Below are positions 11,301 to 23,554 of a DNA stretch of 64,000 bases, in pieces (the stretch's first letter is position 1; every line of letters starts with the position of its first letter). Both the position numbers and the translations under genes were made by a program. The notes below the pieces were generated by a model. That model did no database searches and was not told where the DNA came from. It saw only the letters and a program-made list of their open reading frames with translations. The stretch comes from Phyllosticta citribraziliensis (taxonomy: Eukaryota). The stretch covers positions 1,798,001 through 1,862,000 of the forward strand of contig NW_027117345.1 in assembly GCF_038025025.1 (NCBI RefSeq). The letters are read 5' to 3'.

Positions 11301-14115
11301 AATCGGGCTAAGAATTTGCTGAAGAAGAATCAGCTAGGTTGCCGAAAGCAGCAGGTGCGGGAGGAGAGGAATCCTTCGAGATCTCCGGAGCAGGGTCAGA
11401 CTGTCAAGGAGCGCCGTCAGAACAGAGATGGGGGGAAGTCTGACCGCCAAACATCCACAAGGTTTTCAAGACCACGCCGGCAAAGTCCCCAGAGGTGTGG
11501 CGCTGACTCCGAGTCCACGGACTTAACAAGGCATGTGTCGTGATTGGGCTCTTTCGATGCCCCGGCAGCAGTCCTCAAGGTGCTGGGGACGCGTAAGGCG
11601 GACAACCACCTTGCACTTCCGGGATGTGGGCGGCGGAGCGAAGACCATTCGTCCCTGCCCGAGTTAGACCTTGTATCAATACCTGGCGCTTGCTTCAGTG
11701 AAGCGAGCGGCAATGGTGCCTGCGTACTGCTCACAAGATTTGTTCCCTGAGGCAAGCCCGGAGATGCTACCGGAGACACCCCGTTTCCAGGCTCCGGTAC
11801 AAGATAGGACATTGCCCGGCCGGGTGGCTGTACACTGGAGGCGTCAGTAGCCATGTCACCGGTACACACCTCGAGACGGGCGGAATCCTTCCGAAATGTC
11901 TCGACGTACGTGTTTTCACACCACAGGTGGTTCCATGCCGAAGCAGAGAGCAATCGGGCATATTGGAGAGCGAGAGGCGTAGCGTCGGGGTTGTGTAGAG
12001 CGGTAGTGCAGCCTCCAAAGCTCCCGGAGCCTCTGCATCAATCAGGAGGCACCGCTTGACCGGGCGCTTAATCTTATGCAAAGGACGGAGCGCCTTTCTT
12101 CAAGTAGTCCTGGCCAAGGCCAAGTGCGACGCCTCGCGTCGTAGAAGTCGCTCCCTGGCCAAACTCCAAGTGTCGACCGTTCTGTCAAGTCTCAGTACCT
12201 TTTTCAATAGAGGGCTGGAAGGACTTTACTGTTTGTTTTTTTGATTCTTGATGCTCAGACAGCGATCTTTACCTTTCGAGTCAACACAATCAGCCCTAAG
12301 CGCTTGGGCAAGGCTGAAAAAAAAGGGGGACGTTCGTGAGGCAATTGAGAAAAAGCGCGATTGGGACAGGCGACGAGATGGCCGTTTTATACAACAAAAC
12401 GAACGCTTTGCTGTCTTTGCAGATGATGATACGCCTCATTCTGCCACAGAAGCACCAATATTTTCCGCGGAAGAGGATGTGGCATGCGATCCCCTGCAAA
12501 CCACGGAAAGGTTCTCAAAACCAGTGGTCTACCGGCAGATCAAGGAGCGAGGTTAGCGAACGCCCCCATTTTGCACAAGAGGCGTTGCTTCACTTCCTGG
12601 GCAAGGCCTCAAGCTAAGCGACAACATGTTAAAACGCCTTTCGAGATATCACAATTGACGACTTGTGGCAGGAGAATGCTCGCAGCTTGATTTTCCGGCT
12701 GGCTCACCACATGAAAGGCGAAACAAAACAAGAACCGAAACATTTTGTAAGCGAATGTCCACCGCCGTCGAAGTCGATCATTTACCAGTGACATTCCAAT
12801 CGCGCAGGGCCGAGGAGAAATCAGGCCGCAAAGCCTCGCATCACGAGATCGCGAAGGGGAGCAAATACGGCATGTCGGTTCTCGAAGTCACTCATCAGCC
12901 AAGTATTCGGAGCTCGCACACCTCCCAAGAACCTCAAGTTAGTATAGCCTTCGTTTTTGTGTCGAAGCACCAGGTAAGGCTGCACAAGTTTTGTGCTTGG
13001 ACAGCTCTGCTAGACTCGACGACTGCGGTAGAGACGAAGAAGCTCGATCCTTCGAATGACTGGAGGCCTATCAGCCATCACTCGGCCATCACTCGCTGCT
13101 CACCCACGTACTCTTTTGACTCTTTTGACCGTGGACTTCTCGTTGTCTCCAACCTGTGAGGAGTCTCGGGTATTCTGCCTGTGCCCAATCGAAGAGGGCT
13201 AAACACTTCTCATCCACGTTCCTCGACAAGACTCGGTAGCCTTCGTGTTGCACTTTGAGCCTCAAAGATCTTGATTAGCCCTCTTCCCATGTGATTCGCC
13301 TATTTTTGGTCCATCTTATCTCGCTATGGGCAGGACGAATTAGCGGTTGCACAATGCGCCAGTCGAGACGATCGGTAGCCTCATCACGTGATGACCCGCA
13401 TCTGCGAGTGACCAACAAGTTTTGTCGTCTTGCATAGGTCTCGATTCTAGTCGCAAGTCGGCGGCACAGGCGGAGCAGATGACAAGGCAAGGTATGCTGC
13501 TGGCCAAGGACGCAACGATAACTCGTCCTGGTGATGGACGCCTTGGTACCTGGGTGGACGGCTACTCGAGGTTCAAGAAGCCGCAGCAAACATGGCGATG
13601 GTGTATTTTGTCAGATGGATTCGTCAGCTGTGCGCAGCCGCAGGAAGACAATGGGCAGATGTCGGATGACTACCGGGTTGTACAATAAGGTAGTGTATGG
13701 AGAGCGGTGCAGTGCGGATGGTGGGGTAGCAGGAGTCGCTCGAGGCTTGCCCTGCCCTGCCCTGCCCTGTCCTGCCGTGGGCGTACGAGCGGGCCAGGCA
13801 GCGTAACCAATCCCCACGTTTCGCGATTTTTTTGCGGACTCTCCTCTATCTTCCGTCACCATGGTTTCTGCCACCAAGCCGACCGTCCTGTTCCAAACTC
13901 GTCCCATCTCAACCTCCCTCGACCGCTGGTCTTGAGCGATCCGGCCACCCACCACCCTCGCGACCTGAACACCTCACCTCACCTTTGTTCCTCGGTCGCC
14001 TACTGTCCGCCGGCGCTTCTCTCCAAAGCTGGCTGACCAGCTCCCGCTTCTGATTCCACTCCCGCCCAGACACCTCTCTCAGCTCGAGTCCAACAATTCT
14101 GCATCCGCCGCAGAG

Positions 14116-15690
14116 ATGGTGCGCAACCTGGTCGTCTTGGGCGGCAGCAGCCATCCCCAGCTGACCGAGACCATCTGCAATCACTTGGGCATACCTCCCT
14201 CCAAGATCCTCTTGAGCAAATTTGCGGTTGGCGAGACTCGTGTCGAGATTCAAGAGTCTGTCCGTGGCAAGGATGTCTTTCTCATACAATCCGGCGGCGG
14301 CAAGGTCAACGACCACTTGATGGAGGTATGCTGAAGGCCGCGCACGTGGGGGAATGCTGGACCGCTGACGCTGTGTCGCAGCTGCTCATCACCATCTCTG
14401 CCTGCAAGACTGCGTCGGCGCGGAGAGTCACGGCAGTCTTACCGCTCTTCCCGTACTCCCGCCAGAGCGACATTCCTTACGAGAAGCGCGGTGCCCCGCT
14501 GTCCAAGGGCCCGGGTTTTTCAAACACGCAGGGCTACAGCTTCGACAGCGTCCCTGCCACTCCGGCGCCCGGCAGACCCGAGAGTGTGGGCTTGCCGAAC
14601 GGCCAGGATGGCCTCAACAAGCAGCTTTCACGACTCCAGCTTGATGAGAAGCGCAATGGCGCGGGTCCCGAGTCGACCCCGGCAAAGGACGGAAGTAAGC
14701 GCAACCGAGACTATCAGGAAGAAACCTTCTGACCAGCAGACTACTTTGCGCGCGAACGTGGCACTTCGAACGCGTCTGTCAACGGCACCAATGGTGTCAA
14801 TGGCGCCATGGCGATGCCTCCCAAGTTCGAGCCGCAGCGTGGTTACAAGCAGTGGGTCGCTCAGGCTGGCACTCTGGGTATGCTCTGTGGTCCTCTGGAT
14901 GAACGACACGCTGACCCCATCAGTCGCGGACCTCTTGACCTGCGCCGGCGCAGACCACGTCATTACTATGGACCTGCACGACCCGCAATACCAGGGATTT
15001 TTCGACATTCCTGTTGACAACCTCTACGGCCGTCACCTGCTCCGCAAGTACATTCAATATCACATTCCCAACTATAAGGAGGCGGTAATTGTCAGTCCGG
15101 ATGCGGGTGGTGCGAAGCGTGCTACTGCCATTGCGGATGCTTTGAGCATGCCCTTTGCTCTGATTCACAAGGAGAGGCGCCCCACCCAGATTACCGACCG
15201 TCAGAATGCGACCATGATGCTGGTTGGAGATGTTGCTGAGAGGACGGCCATTCTTGTGGATGACTTGGCCGACACTTCAAACACGATTACGAGGGCCGCC
15301 AAGCTTCTTAAGAAGGAGGGCGCCACGCAGGTCATGGCCCTCGTCACGCACGGGATTCTCAGCGGCGACGCCATTGACCGAATCAACGCGAGCGCTCTTG
15401 ACAAGGTGAGAATCTTGAGAGAACAAAGCGGGCATGGCTGACCTTGATAGGTTGTCGTGACAAACAGCGTTGACCAGACTGAGCACCTCGAGCGGTGCAC
15501 AAAGTTGGAGGTTCTCGAAGTTGGCAAGTAAGTAAACCATACTCCCCTGAAAGACGAATGCTAATTGTTACAGTGTTTTCGCCGAGGTTGGTAGTTTGTC
15601 GAGCTTGGGGATGTACGTGCTAACTGCTTCCAGGCTATCCGCCGCGTCCACCACGGCGAGAGCATCAGCGTCCTATTCAACTACGACTGA
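14116..15690 (+). CDS. PRS5: Ribose-phosphate pyrophosphokinase, Prs5-type with N-half non-homologous insertion
   Basis: Motifs [83 protein letters not shown]. Six introns (14326-14380, 14695-14739, 14878-14923, 15406-15450, 15528-15573, 15587-15633). A low-complexity insertion follows YSRQ. Confidence 0.9.
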
Positions 15691-17594
15691 ACGACACACG
15701 ACGGCGGAAAGTAGGTCAAACCGACCAAGACGAGGTTTCTCTGTAAAATCTTTGTTTTGCATGACTAGAGGCGTTTCGGGTGGGGACGGCCAATCAACCA
15801 AGAGGCTTTTGAACACATTCAAACGGTGGCGGCAAGCACTGTTTGACCCAAGATACACCAAAACTCGTCGATATCAGCATGCGTCCAGCTGCTGCGGCGA
15901 TGAATTCGAGGAACACGAAGCCGTTTTAGGCAAAGAACGGTCACTGCTCTCCTGGCACCTTCTACTCTCACAGAACGAGACTAGTGAGGCAAGGAAAGTG
16001 AATTTCTTTGATCATTCAGTTTTTCCGTCTGCGCCGACAGTGAGAATCTCAGTGAATCTTGTCTTGTCGACAGTGTCTGCAATTTATGATTCTTGGCATC
16101 GACCCTGGGAAATACATGTCTGTCAAAGATGTGCGAGGCTCAACACCACCTGTTGAAGCATGTCTGTTTCATCGTCTCTGTGGGACTAGAGGATCCCCCT
16201 GCTTTGTTTGCTGACGGGACGCGCTTGACAAGGCGCGCTACTTTGGTTCCCGCTCATTCCTCACCGCTTGCGCGAGAGCTGCAGCAAAATGACAAGGCCA
16301 TCCTTGCCGTTAGCTCGAGGAAGATGACGTCTTTCTCACTCTTGCTCGTCTCGATCGTTTTCCTTTCGCCGTTGCATTTGGTCTTGCCTCGAGCCGTGAC
16401 CGGAATGTGACGGCCATTCCATTGGGCACGCAGTTGCTGTTTGCGTGGCTGTCTGACGGGTGCTGCGCGGAGAGATCGATATCTGCATCCCCAGCGCTAG
16501 CTCGATCAAGCTCCGCGAAGGCAACAGCTGCCACGTTACTGCAACGTCTGCAACACTTCATGGCGCCCGTACACCAGGCAGATCGTGTTTTTCTGCTTCC
16601 GCAATAAAGTCGCCAGTCGACACTCGAACGATTCTGCCTGCCGTTGCGGGGGAACCGTTGGTATGCCTGCTCGTCCGGCATGTGGATGGAGGCCGTGGTT
16701 GGCATGTGTGTGGATGGGGGGCAGCGTGCTGGCTTGAGATGCTCCCGTCATGGTTGGCAGTTTCCCATGTGCATTGGTTTCACTGGGATACATGTAGTCT
16801 GACGGGTGTTTTGTGCATGCGTGTTTCATCGCGCTGCTGCCTACACGGGTGACAAGTACAAAAGGCACAAGACACCAGGCATAGCCAGGCATGGAATCTT
16901 TGGCGGATTTGCTCTGGAATTTGTTTTTAGGGCGGGTGTCCTCCGCACTGGGGCTGGAATCGTTGAGATGGGCAGAGATGGAGGATGACGTCCGTAGCCT
17001 AGCCCTCTGCGAATCGTCAAGACCAAGCTATTCATGTTGCTACCATTTACGTCGATCGACGTAGACATCCGTATAGCCAAGACGGTGTTGACAGATGTTG
17101 TGCGTGCCATGACGATTCTTCGTGACGCAATGCGGGGATGCCGAGACCCGGATCCAAGTCATTCAGCGGGCGCCCCGGGCGATGCGGCTCGCCAATAGAG
17201 CACGGCCATGTGTGTCGTCGCAGTCTCGCCGTCGCGCCGTCTGAGGTGATGTCTGCTGCGGGCGTGCGGCGTGTCGTCGAATTGGTATGTAGTAACAGGT
17301 AGCCTCGTCGTCGTGTCTTCGCCGTCTCCTGTGCCTGACCTCCCTTCCACGTTCTTTCGGCGCTAGTCCCGTCCGGGATTAAGCGAGGTGTTGGCGTGCG
17401 GGCGACCCTTGTCGCCGGGATTTTACCAACCGACCGACCGCGACACTTTTCGACCTTTGGTTCCTTGACGCTCCTCGCGCTACCGCATTTCGCTCCCTCA
17501 TCATCACACCCCACCCTTCCATCGTCATTTCCATCCACCACGACTCAAGTCGCGACCCATCCATTTTGACTGCACCTCTTACACCTTTTTCATC

Positions 17595-20500
17595 ATGGCG
17601 CCTCGCAAGACGCAGCCAATCTCCCTGCCCAACGGCATCGACCCGCCCATGACACGTCTGCGTCCGCGTCGCACCGCCGCTGCTCAAGGCGCCTCCTCGC
17701 AAGAAACCGAACCGTCAACCCCCATGCCCGCCGCTACCACCACGCGCAAGCGCGCAGCGACGACCAAGCCCAAAGCCGAGCCCAAATCCAAGGCCGCTTC
17801 CAAGTCCACGTCCAAAGCCGCTTCCAAGTCCGCCGGCAGAGTCACAAAGTCGCGCAGCAAGGCTGCCCCCAAGAACAAGAAGGCCGTCGTTGAAGACGCG
17901 CCCAACGACGACACCGATCCCGACGACGACAACGAAGATGCGCTCGCCGAATCGCCCGTAAAGCCTGCCCCGAAGACCCCAGCCAAAACCCCAGCCAAGA
18001 CCCCCGCCAAGACTCCTGCCACCAAGAAGGCGAAAAAGCATTTCAGCCCCGAGCAGATGATGCTCCGCCGCACTCGCCGCAGTGAGGCAGCAGGTTGGAG
18101 GTCGCCCTTGTCGCAAGACGCGCAGAACATCATGGGAATCATCCCCCAGCGCCAGGCTGAGCAAGAGAGTACCCCACTGTCCATCGTCAAGGACAAGGAA
18201 GAGCACGAGGAAAAGAAGGATGAATGGTTCGCGCCAGCCCCGGCTACTCCATACAAGTCGGCGCAGAAGTCGGCACAAAAGTCGGCACAAAAGTCTGCGC
18301 AAAAGTCTGCAGCAAAAAGTGAGCACGACATTTCTTCGCCTGTTTTCTCTCAAGTTTCTACGCCTTTCAAGACCATCTCCATCGCCATTTTCCAGGGCGA
18401 TTCTTCTCCTTACTGTCCGCCCAGTGTCTCGCAGATTGCTTGCCTGGAGCCCGAGACCCCTGCCCTCGCCACGGTCGTTGAGGAGGTGGAGGTTTCTTCT
18501 GTTGTTGCTTCGGCGCGTCGGGAGCAGGTCCCGCCAACCTCCCCTGTTCCTCCGCCCTCTGCTCCCGCCCCGGTTTCCCCCGCTGCGGAGTCCTCTTCGG
18601 GGCTCCAAAGCCTCTTCGAAGAGCAGCCGGAGGCCTCGCCAGCCCCGGCTTCCTCGCCCCCCCGTGCCGATTCTCTCATGGAGGATCAGCCATCCCCGCC
18701 GCCTGCGGAGTCTCCGCCGACTCCGTATTACCCGTCCTCGTCTTTTTGTGTCTCTCCGGCGGCTCCTGTGCCGTCATCCCCTCCGCTGCCCTCATTCTCT
18801 GACGAGATGGAGGTTGACCCCGCCATCTTGGATGGGGAAGAGGTCGCGGAGGTGGTGCAGGATCTGGAGGCCCTGCGGGAGGCGGGGAACTCCTATGAGG
18901 TCTTGGTGCGGGAGGCGCACCGCTTGGGTAGAACGACGTTGGCGAACATTGTCGTTGCCCTGCTGAACAACCGTGCTGACTGGAGCGAAGAAACAGCAAC
19001 CACCGCCGCCGCCGCCGAGTCGCACCCCGTCGCCGCCGCCACCGACGACGAAACCGAAGACGAAGACGAGCTCCAGACGGCGCTGGAGCACCCCGCCGAC
19101 GACGACGAGGCCATGTCCGATGGCACCGAGGCTGACGACGGCCAAGACGACGAGATGGAGGAGGCCGCCGAGGCAGACGCGACGCGTCCCGAGACTCCTG
19201 GCCAAGAGCCTGCCCAGACCACCCCAACGTCCTCGTACTACCTCAGTGGTCTGTTTACCAAGGGCATCAGCACGGGCAAGAATCTCCTCAGCTTCATCAA
19301 CCCTTGGGCGCCCAGGCCACAATCCCCACAATCCCCCCAATCTCCCTCCCCCACGCCGATCCGCTCGCTGAACAGGACGGGCCCCGTCACTCCACGCATC
19401 AAGGACGCCGACAAGAGGGCCAGGATGGCAGCTGAAAGCAGGGCAAAGATTGAAGAGAAGCGCCGCGAGCAGGAAGAGCGCGAAGCGCGTGAAGCAGAAG
19501 CTCAAGAGGAGGCTCAAGAGGCCGCCGAGCAGGCTGCCGAGCACATTGCCGAACAGATTGCTGCACAGGAGCCTGGCAAGAAACGCAAGCGCTTCAGCAT
19601 CCCTGCCCACCTTCCCGGCGAGCGTGGCTATGGAATGGTCGACGAATACTTTGCCCTCAGCGACTCCGAGCTTGAGGAGCGCTTCCCCGCCAAAGACGAC
19701 GAGCAGACATCTCCCGAGCCCACTCCTGCCACGAAGCCCCAGTCAACTCCCGAGCTCACTCCCGCTTCGAAGCGCGCCAAGTTTTGGCACAATCTCGAGA
19801 GTGAGGACCCTCGCCTGAAGGAGCCCATCACACTCGAAGACAAGTCTGCTGGCGAGAAGAACGCAGGGCTTGATGGTTACGAGCAAACCTTGCACCGCCC
19901 CAGAAACGCTCTTCGTCGTGCCATCAGGAAGGAGACGGGCAAGGATCTTGCCGACAAGCACCACGAGACGAAGATCAAGCATCACGAAAACTCCTTCAGC
20001 CGCACGCCCCTCCGCGACAGCCAGTCCATCGTCAACAGGCGCCCTTCGAACGAGTTTCAGTCAGCTTCCTCTACTTCCTACACTGGCTCGGTCTTTGCTT
20101 TCCCTGGCGACTCTGGCTACAAGAGCAATGTTTTCAAGTCTTCGGACATGCAGGAGGAAACGGAGAAACGCGAGGAGTGGACGAAGGCCCAGAAGCTTGA
20201 GAAGTACAAGTCGCGGATGGCAGATGCGGAGATGAAAGCTCTGGCCGAGGCTCTTGTTCAGATGCCCGATGACCAACTTGATGAAAATGACAAGTGGTTC
20301 ATTGAGAGGGCCCAGAACAAGTTTGGCCACATCAAGGGCACTGGCAGCTTCCGTGTCCCCGGCAGTGACGACGGGAGTTTTGGCGACACTGAAACCGAAA
20401 CGGACTCTCAAACCACCGAGACCGACCTTGAAGAGGATCTCGTCGCTTCAACGGGCACCAAGCAGGCGGCTGACATGATTTCCACCACGAAACCCGCCGC

Positions 20501-21338
20501 CACTACTACGTCTGCTGCGACCACTACGTCTGCCCCGTCGGTCATTGCATCCGATCCTCCGACCAAGCATGCCCCCCCGCCTTCCTCCACCGCCAAGGAG
20601 CTGAAGAGCATTCTCAAGAAACCAGCCAACGGCATGGTTCCTCCACCCACTCCCAAGCCTGCCAATGCCCAGCTTCCTACTACGACTGAGGCCGTCGAGA
20701 CAGCCAATGCTGAGACTTTGACCGAGCAGCAGCCCGCTGTCACTTCTGACAAGCTGGCCAATCCCCTCGTTGACGACGCGTACCTTGACCGTCCCCGCAC
20801 TGGCGCTGATGCCAAGGAGTCTATTGCTCGCGCTCGCAGGAATGCGGAGAGGCACAGGCCTACGAAGCCCTCGAACCTTCAGTATGTGGAGCGTGTTGCT
20901 TCGTCTCCCATTAACCCCACTGGCGAGACCATCTCCAACCCCATGTCGGAATCCCTCATCACGCAGGGCATGGGTTCGCCCGCTGTGCAGAGCACGCCTT
21001 TCGGCAACACTAACAACGACCACCTGCCTTGGGAGACGCCCAGCAAGGCCAAATCGACTGAGCCTGTCGAGAGCCCACCTTCCAGCGGCAAGAGGAAGAG
21101 GGAGGAGATCGACACGTCCCTGGGCGACTTGTGGACTGTGAATAAAAAGGTGAGATTCGCTGTGGAGGAGATTTCTGAGCAGGTACCCAAGGCCCTGTGC
21201 GATTTCCTTATTTCATACAAGAACAGACTTACCGCATCTATTTCTTCAGACTTGAGTACCCCCATTTCTTCAAAGCGCCAGGCCTTTTGGGATAGCGAGT
21301 GGGCGGCTTTCCAGGCCCGTGGGCAATCACCCAATTGA
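17595..21338 (+). CDS. Hypothetical 1247-aa low-complexity, largely disordered protein (K/A-rich N-terminus, P/S-rich and acidic middle, coiled coil)
   Basis: Uninterrupted 3.7-kb ORF with good start context (CATCATGG), coding-like third-position bias, KTPA and KSAQ tandem repeats, basic NLS-like KKRKR and KRKR. No family recognised. Confidence 0.85.
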   Translation: MAPRKTQPISLPNGIDPPMTRLRPRRTAAAQGASSQETEPSTPMPAATTTRKRAATTKPKAEPKSKAASKSTSKAASKSAGRVTKSRSKAAPKNKKAVVEDAPNDDTDPDDDNEDALAESPVKPAPKTPAKTPAKTPAKTPATKKAKKHFSPEQMMLRRTRRSEAAGWRSPLSQDAQNIMGIIPQRQAEQESTPLSIVKDKEEHEEKKDEWFAPAPATPYKSAQKSAQKSAQKSAQKSAAKSEHDISSPVFSQVSTPFKTISIAIFQGDSSPYCPPSVSQIACLEPETPALATVVEEVEVSSVVASARREQVPPTSPVPPPSAPAPVSPAAESSSGLQSLFEEQPEASPAPASSPPRADSLMEDQPSPPPAESPPTPYYPSSSFCVSPAAPVPSSPPLPSFSDEMEVDPAILDGEEVAEVVQDLEALREAGNSYEVLVREAHRLGRTTLANIVVALLNNRADWSEETATTAAAAESHPVAAATDDETEDEDELQTALEHPADDDEAMSDGTEADDGQDDEMEEAAEADATRPETPGQEPAQTTPTSSYYLSGLFTKGISTGKNLLSFINPWAPRPQSPQSPQSPSPTPIRSLNRTGPVTPRIKDADKRARMAAESRAKIEEKRREQEEREAREAEAQEEAQEAAEQAAEHIAEQIAAQEPGKKRKRFSIPAHLPGERGYGMVDEYFALSDSELEERFPAKDDEQTSPEPTPATKPQSTPELTPASKRAKFWHNLESEDPRLKEPITLEDKSAGEKNAGLDGYEQTLHRPRNALRRAIRKETGKDLADKHHETKIKHHENSFSRTPLRDSQSIVNRRPSNEFQSASSTSYTGSVFAFPGDSGYKSNVFKSSDMQEETEKREEWTKAQKLEKYKSRMADAEMKALAEALVQMPDDQLDENDKWFIERAQNKFGHIKGTGSFRVPGSDDGSFGDTETETDSQTTETDLEEDLVASTGTKQAADMISTTKPAATTTSAATTTSAPSVIASDPPTKHAPPPSSTAKELKSILKKPANGMVPPPTPKPANAQLPTTTEAVETANAETLTEQQPAVTSDKLANPLVDDAYLDRPRTGADAKESIARARRNAERHRPTKPSNLQYVERVASSPINPTGETISNPMSESLITQGMGSPAVQSTPFGNTNNDHLPWETPSKAKSTEPVESPPSSGKRKREEIDTSLGDLWTVNKKVRFAVEEISEQVPKALCDFLISYKNRLTASISSDLSTPISSKRQAFWDSEWAAFQARGQSPN
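17973..18320 (+). repeat. Two coding 12-bp minisatellites: (KTPA)x4 at 17973-18020 and (KSAQ)x4+KSAAKS at 18255-18320
   Basis: Directly visible; units differ at synonymous positions (aagtcggcgcag / aagtcggcacaa / aagtctgcgcaa). Confidence 0.9.
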
Positions 21339-21484
21339 TTCCACGCCTGTTTCCTTTTCTTGATGCTTTCGCCTTTCATTACAGCATCCGGTGGCGTTCT
21401 CACTGCTCAACTCTCAAGGTCTGCATAAAAATACCCTCTTGTACGATAGCCTTTTCCCCTTTTTCTTGTTTTGAGGCATACAGC

Positions 21485-22150
21485 ATGGAGTTGGTGGCCG
21501 GCATTTGCCGGGTAACGGTTTACACGAGACTAGGTCATGAGTCTGTTTTTGCACTCCATCATCGGCGGCTGGTTGTTGCATTTGTTTTCACTGCTTTGCT
21601 TTCTGCTTTTCTGCTTTTCTGCTTTTTGCTTTTCGACTACACTTTTCGTTACTCGCAGATCGGGCTTTGTGGTTGGCCTTTGGAGTCTGTGTCTCGCTGG
21701 TTCATTTCGGAATGGTAAGTCTTGCAAACAGATGCGTCCGAGCGAAGCTGATTCACACAGTCTGCAAGCTTCTCGTTGGCCGACCACCTACCTACGCCCA
21801 GTCTTGGTTTCTGAAGGACGGGCCTTGGGCCTTGGCCTTGCTTGCTTTTTCACACTCATTCCGCTCCCTCGTCTCGCTATTCGTAAGTCTTGAGTCTTCG
21901 CGTACTGCTGCAGTGCTGACCGATCCAAACAGTCTATTCGCTGCTCGTCGACGCCAGATCTTGGTTTCTCAAAGACTGGCCCGCGGTTTCTCTGCGCACA
22001 CACTCCCGGTTTGGTCATGACCTACTTGCTTGGTTCTTCTCCCCTTGGTTCTACTGCAGTCTTGTTGCGTTCTATTCCTCTTTGTTTTTCTTTGACGTTT
22101 CACTTCGAGGTTCTCGGGTAATCGATGGTTGCGCTGGCGGCATCAGTTGA
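21485..22150 (+). other. Putative spliced cryptic ORF (189 aa, hydrophobic) or spliced 3' UTR/lncRNA
   Basis: Two consensus introns GTAAGT..GCTGA..CAG at 21715-21760 and 21883-21932. Removing both gives one open frame from ATG 21485 to TGA 22150. Confidence 0.35.
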
Positions 22151-23475
22151 TGTCGCCTGGTGATCTGCCTCGTGCTCTTGGGAACCGGTCTTTCGGATTA
22201 AATCATGGCTTAGGAGATTGGCAGCTTCGGCATACCTATCCAAAAAGGCCAGGTTTAGATCCTGATTGACTGGACTTTGTCCTTTACGCTTCTCTCGCGC
22301 TGTTTCTTGATATTCTTGGAGTGGCCGTGCTGAATTCGTCCATAAGTCGCTGCGGCGCTGGATCGTATTCGCTGGTGCTTTGGGGGATCAAGAGTACGTG
22401 CGCGGAAGGTCTCATGAAGGCGTCTCGAGTATTTGCACCACGAACCATAAGTCGCCGAGGCGCTGGAGTCTGCTGCATCTCCTCGACCGCTGGAGTGGGG
22501 CTGGCGTCAACGCCATGAAAGCTCCTTTGCGCGTACGTGCTCAGACCGGAAGTCGCTTTTGCGCTGGTTCTTTGCTGTTGCCTGGAGTGCTCCTTGTGGA
22601 CGTGCTTAGACCATAAGACGCATGCGCCGGTTCTAGCTGTTGCTCGGAGTGTGATTGGCGTTGGTTTGAGATTGCGTCGTGGACGGGCATCGTTGTGCGG
22701 CTGAAGGGGGAAGACGAAGGGGCGGCGAACAAGACGGGGCTCGGTGGCGTCGAGGGGGGCAAGCGCTGGGCTTGTCTGGTATCATGGCCATTTCATCCGG
22801 ATCATCATCAAAACACGCGCACCGCACAATCATCGACGCAGCAGCAGCGACCGAGCGAGCATCATACATACACCACCAGCTGGCCAGACGCACCACACCA
22901 CGCACGGCCTTCCTTTCCTCATCGCTCCGGCACCCACAACAACCCTTTTCTCGCTAATTTTCCTTCGGGACTCACAAACGACAAACAAAACTTTGTACAT
23001 CCATCGACGAGCGAGCCAGCCAGCCAGCCAGCAACAAAAGTCCGTAGCAATGAATGAACTACTACTACTACTTCCTAAGCGTGATTGTTACAGTGTATGC
23101 CATGCTCCTTGGACACAGCGGTGGCAATAGTAAACGAGTGAATGCTCCTTGAGTACGTACAGCTGTAGAAGTGAGTATGCTCCATGGAATGCTCTTATGG
23201 CCAGCAGATCTCATTTCTTTCGCCACCCCGCTATGCAGGTGTTTTTGGAAATCGTGTATTTTTGGGGGATTTCAGGTTAGCTTGTTTTACTTGGGAAAAG
23301 GCATTGCAAAATACTATCTACATTGTGTCTAATCTAGCATGTTTTCTCAACGGGATGCAGACAAGACCGGGAGAGACGACGTGCTAGGCAGGTAGACAGA
23401 TGCCTCATGCAGGTAGGTACATATCAAGATCCCTGTGCCACTCTATGGTCCGTGCCGCAACACCTCCATCCACCA

Positions 23476-23500
23476 CATCGCATCGCATCGCATCGCATCG
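23476..23500 (+). repeat. (CATCG)5 microsatellite upstream of the Rho-like gene
   Basis: Directly visible. Confidence 0.9.
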
Positions 23501-23554
23501 CAAACACCTACCTCAGCACAGCCCCTCTCACACACCACGCACGTCATACAGACC

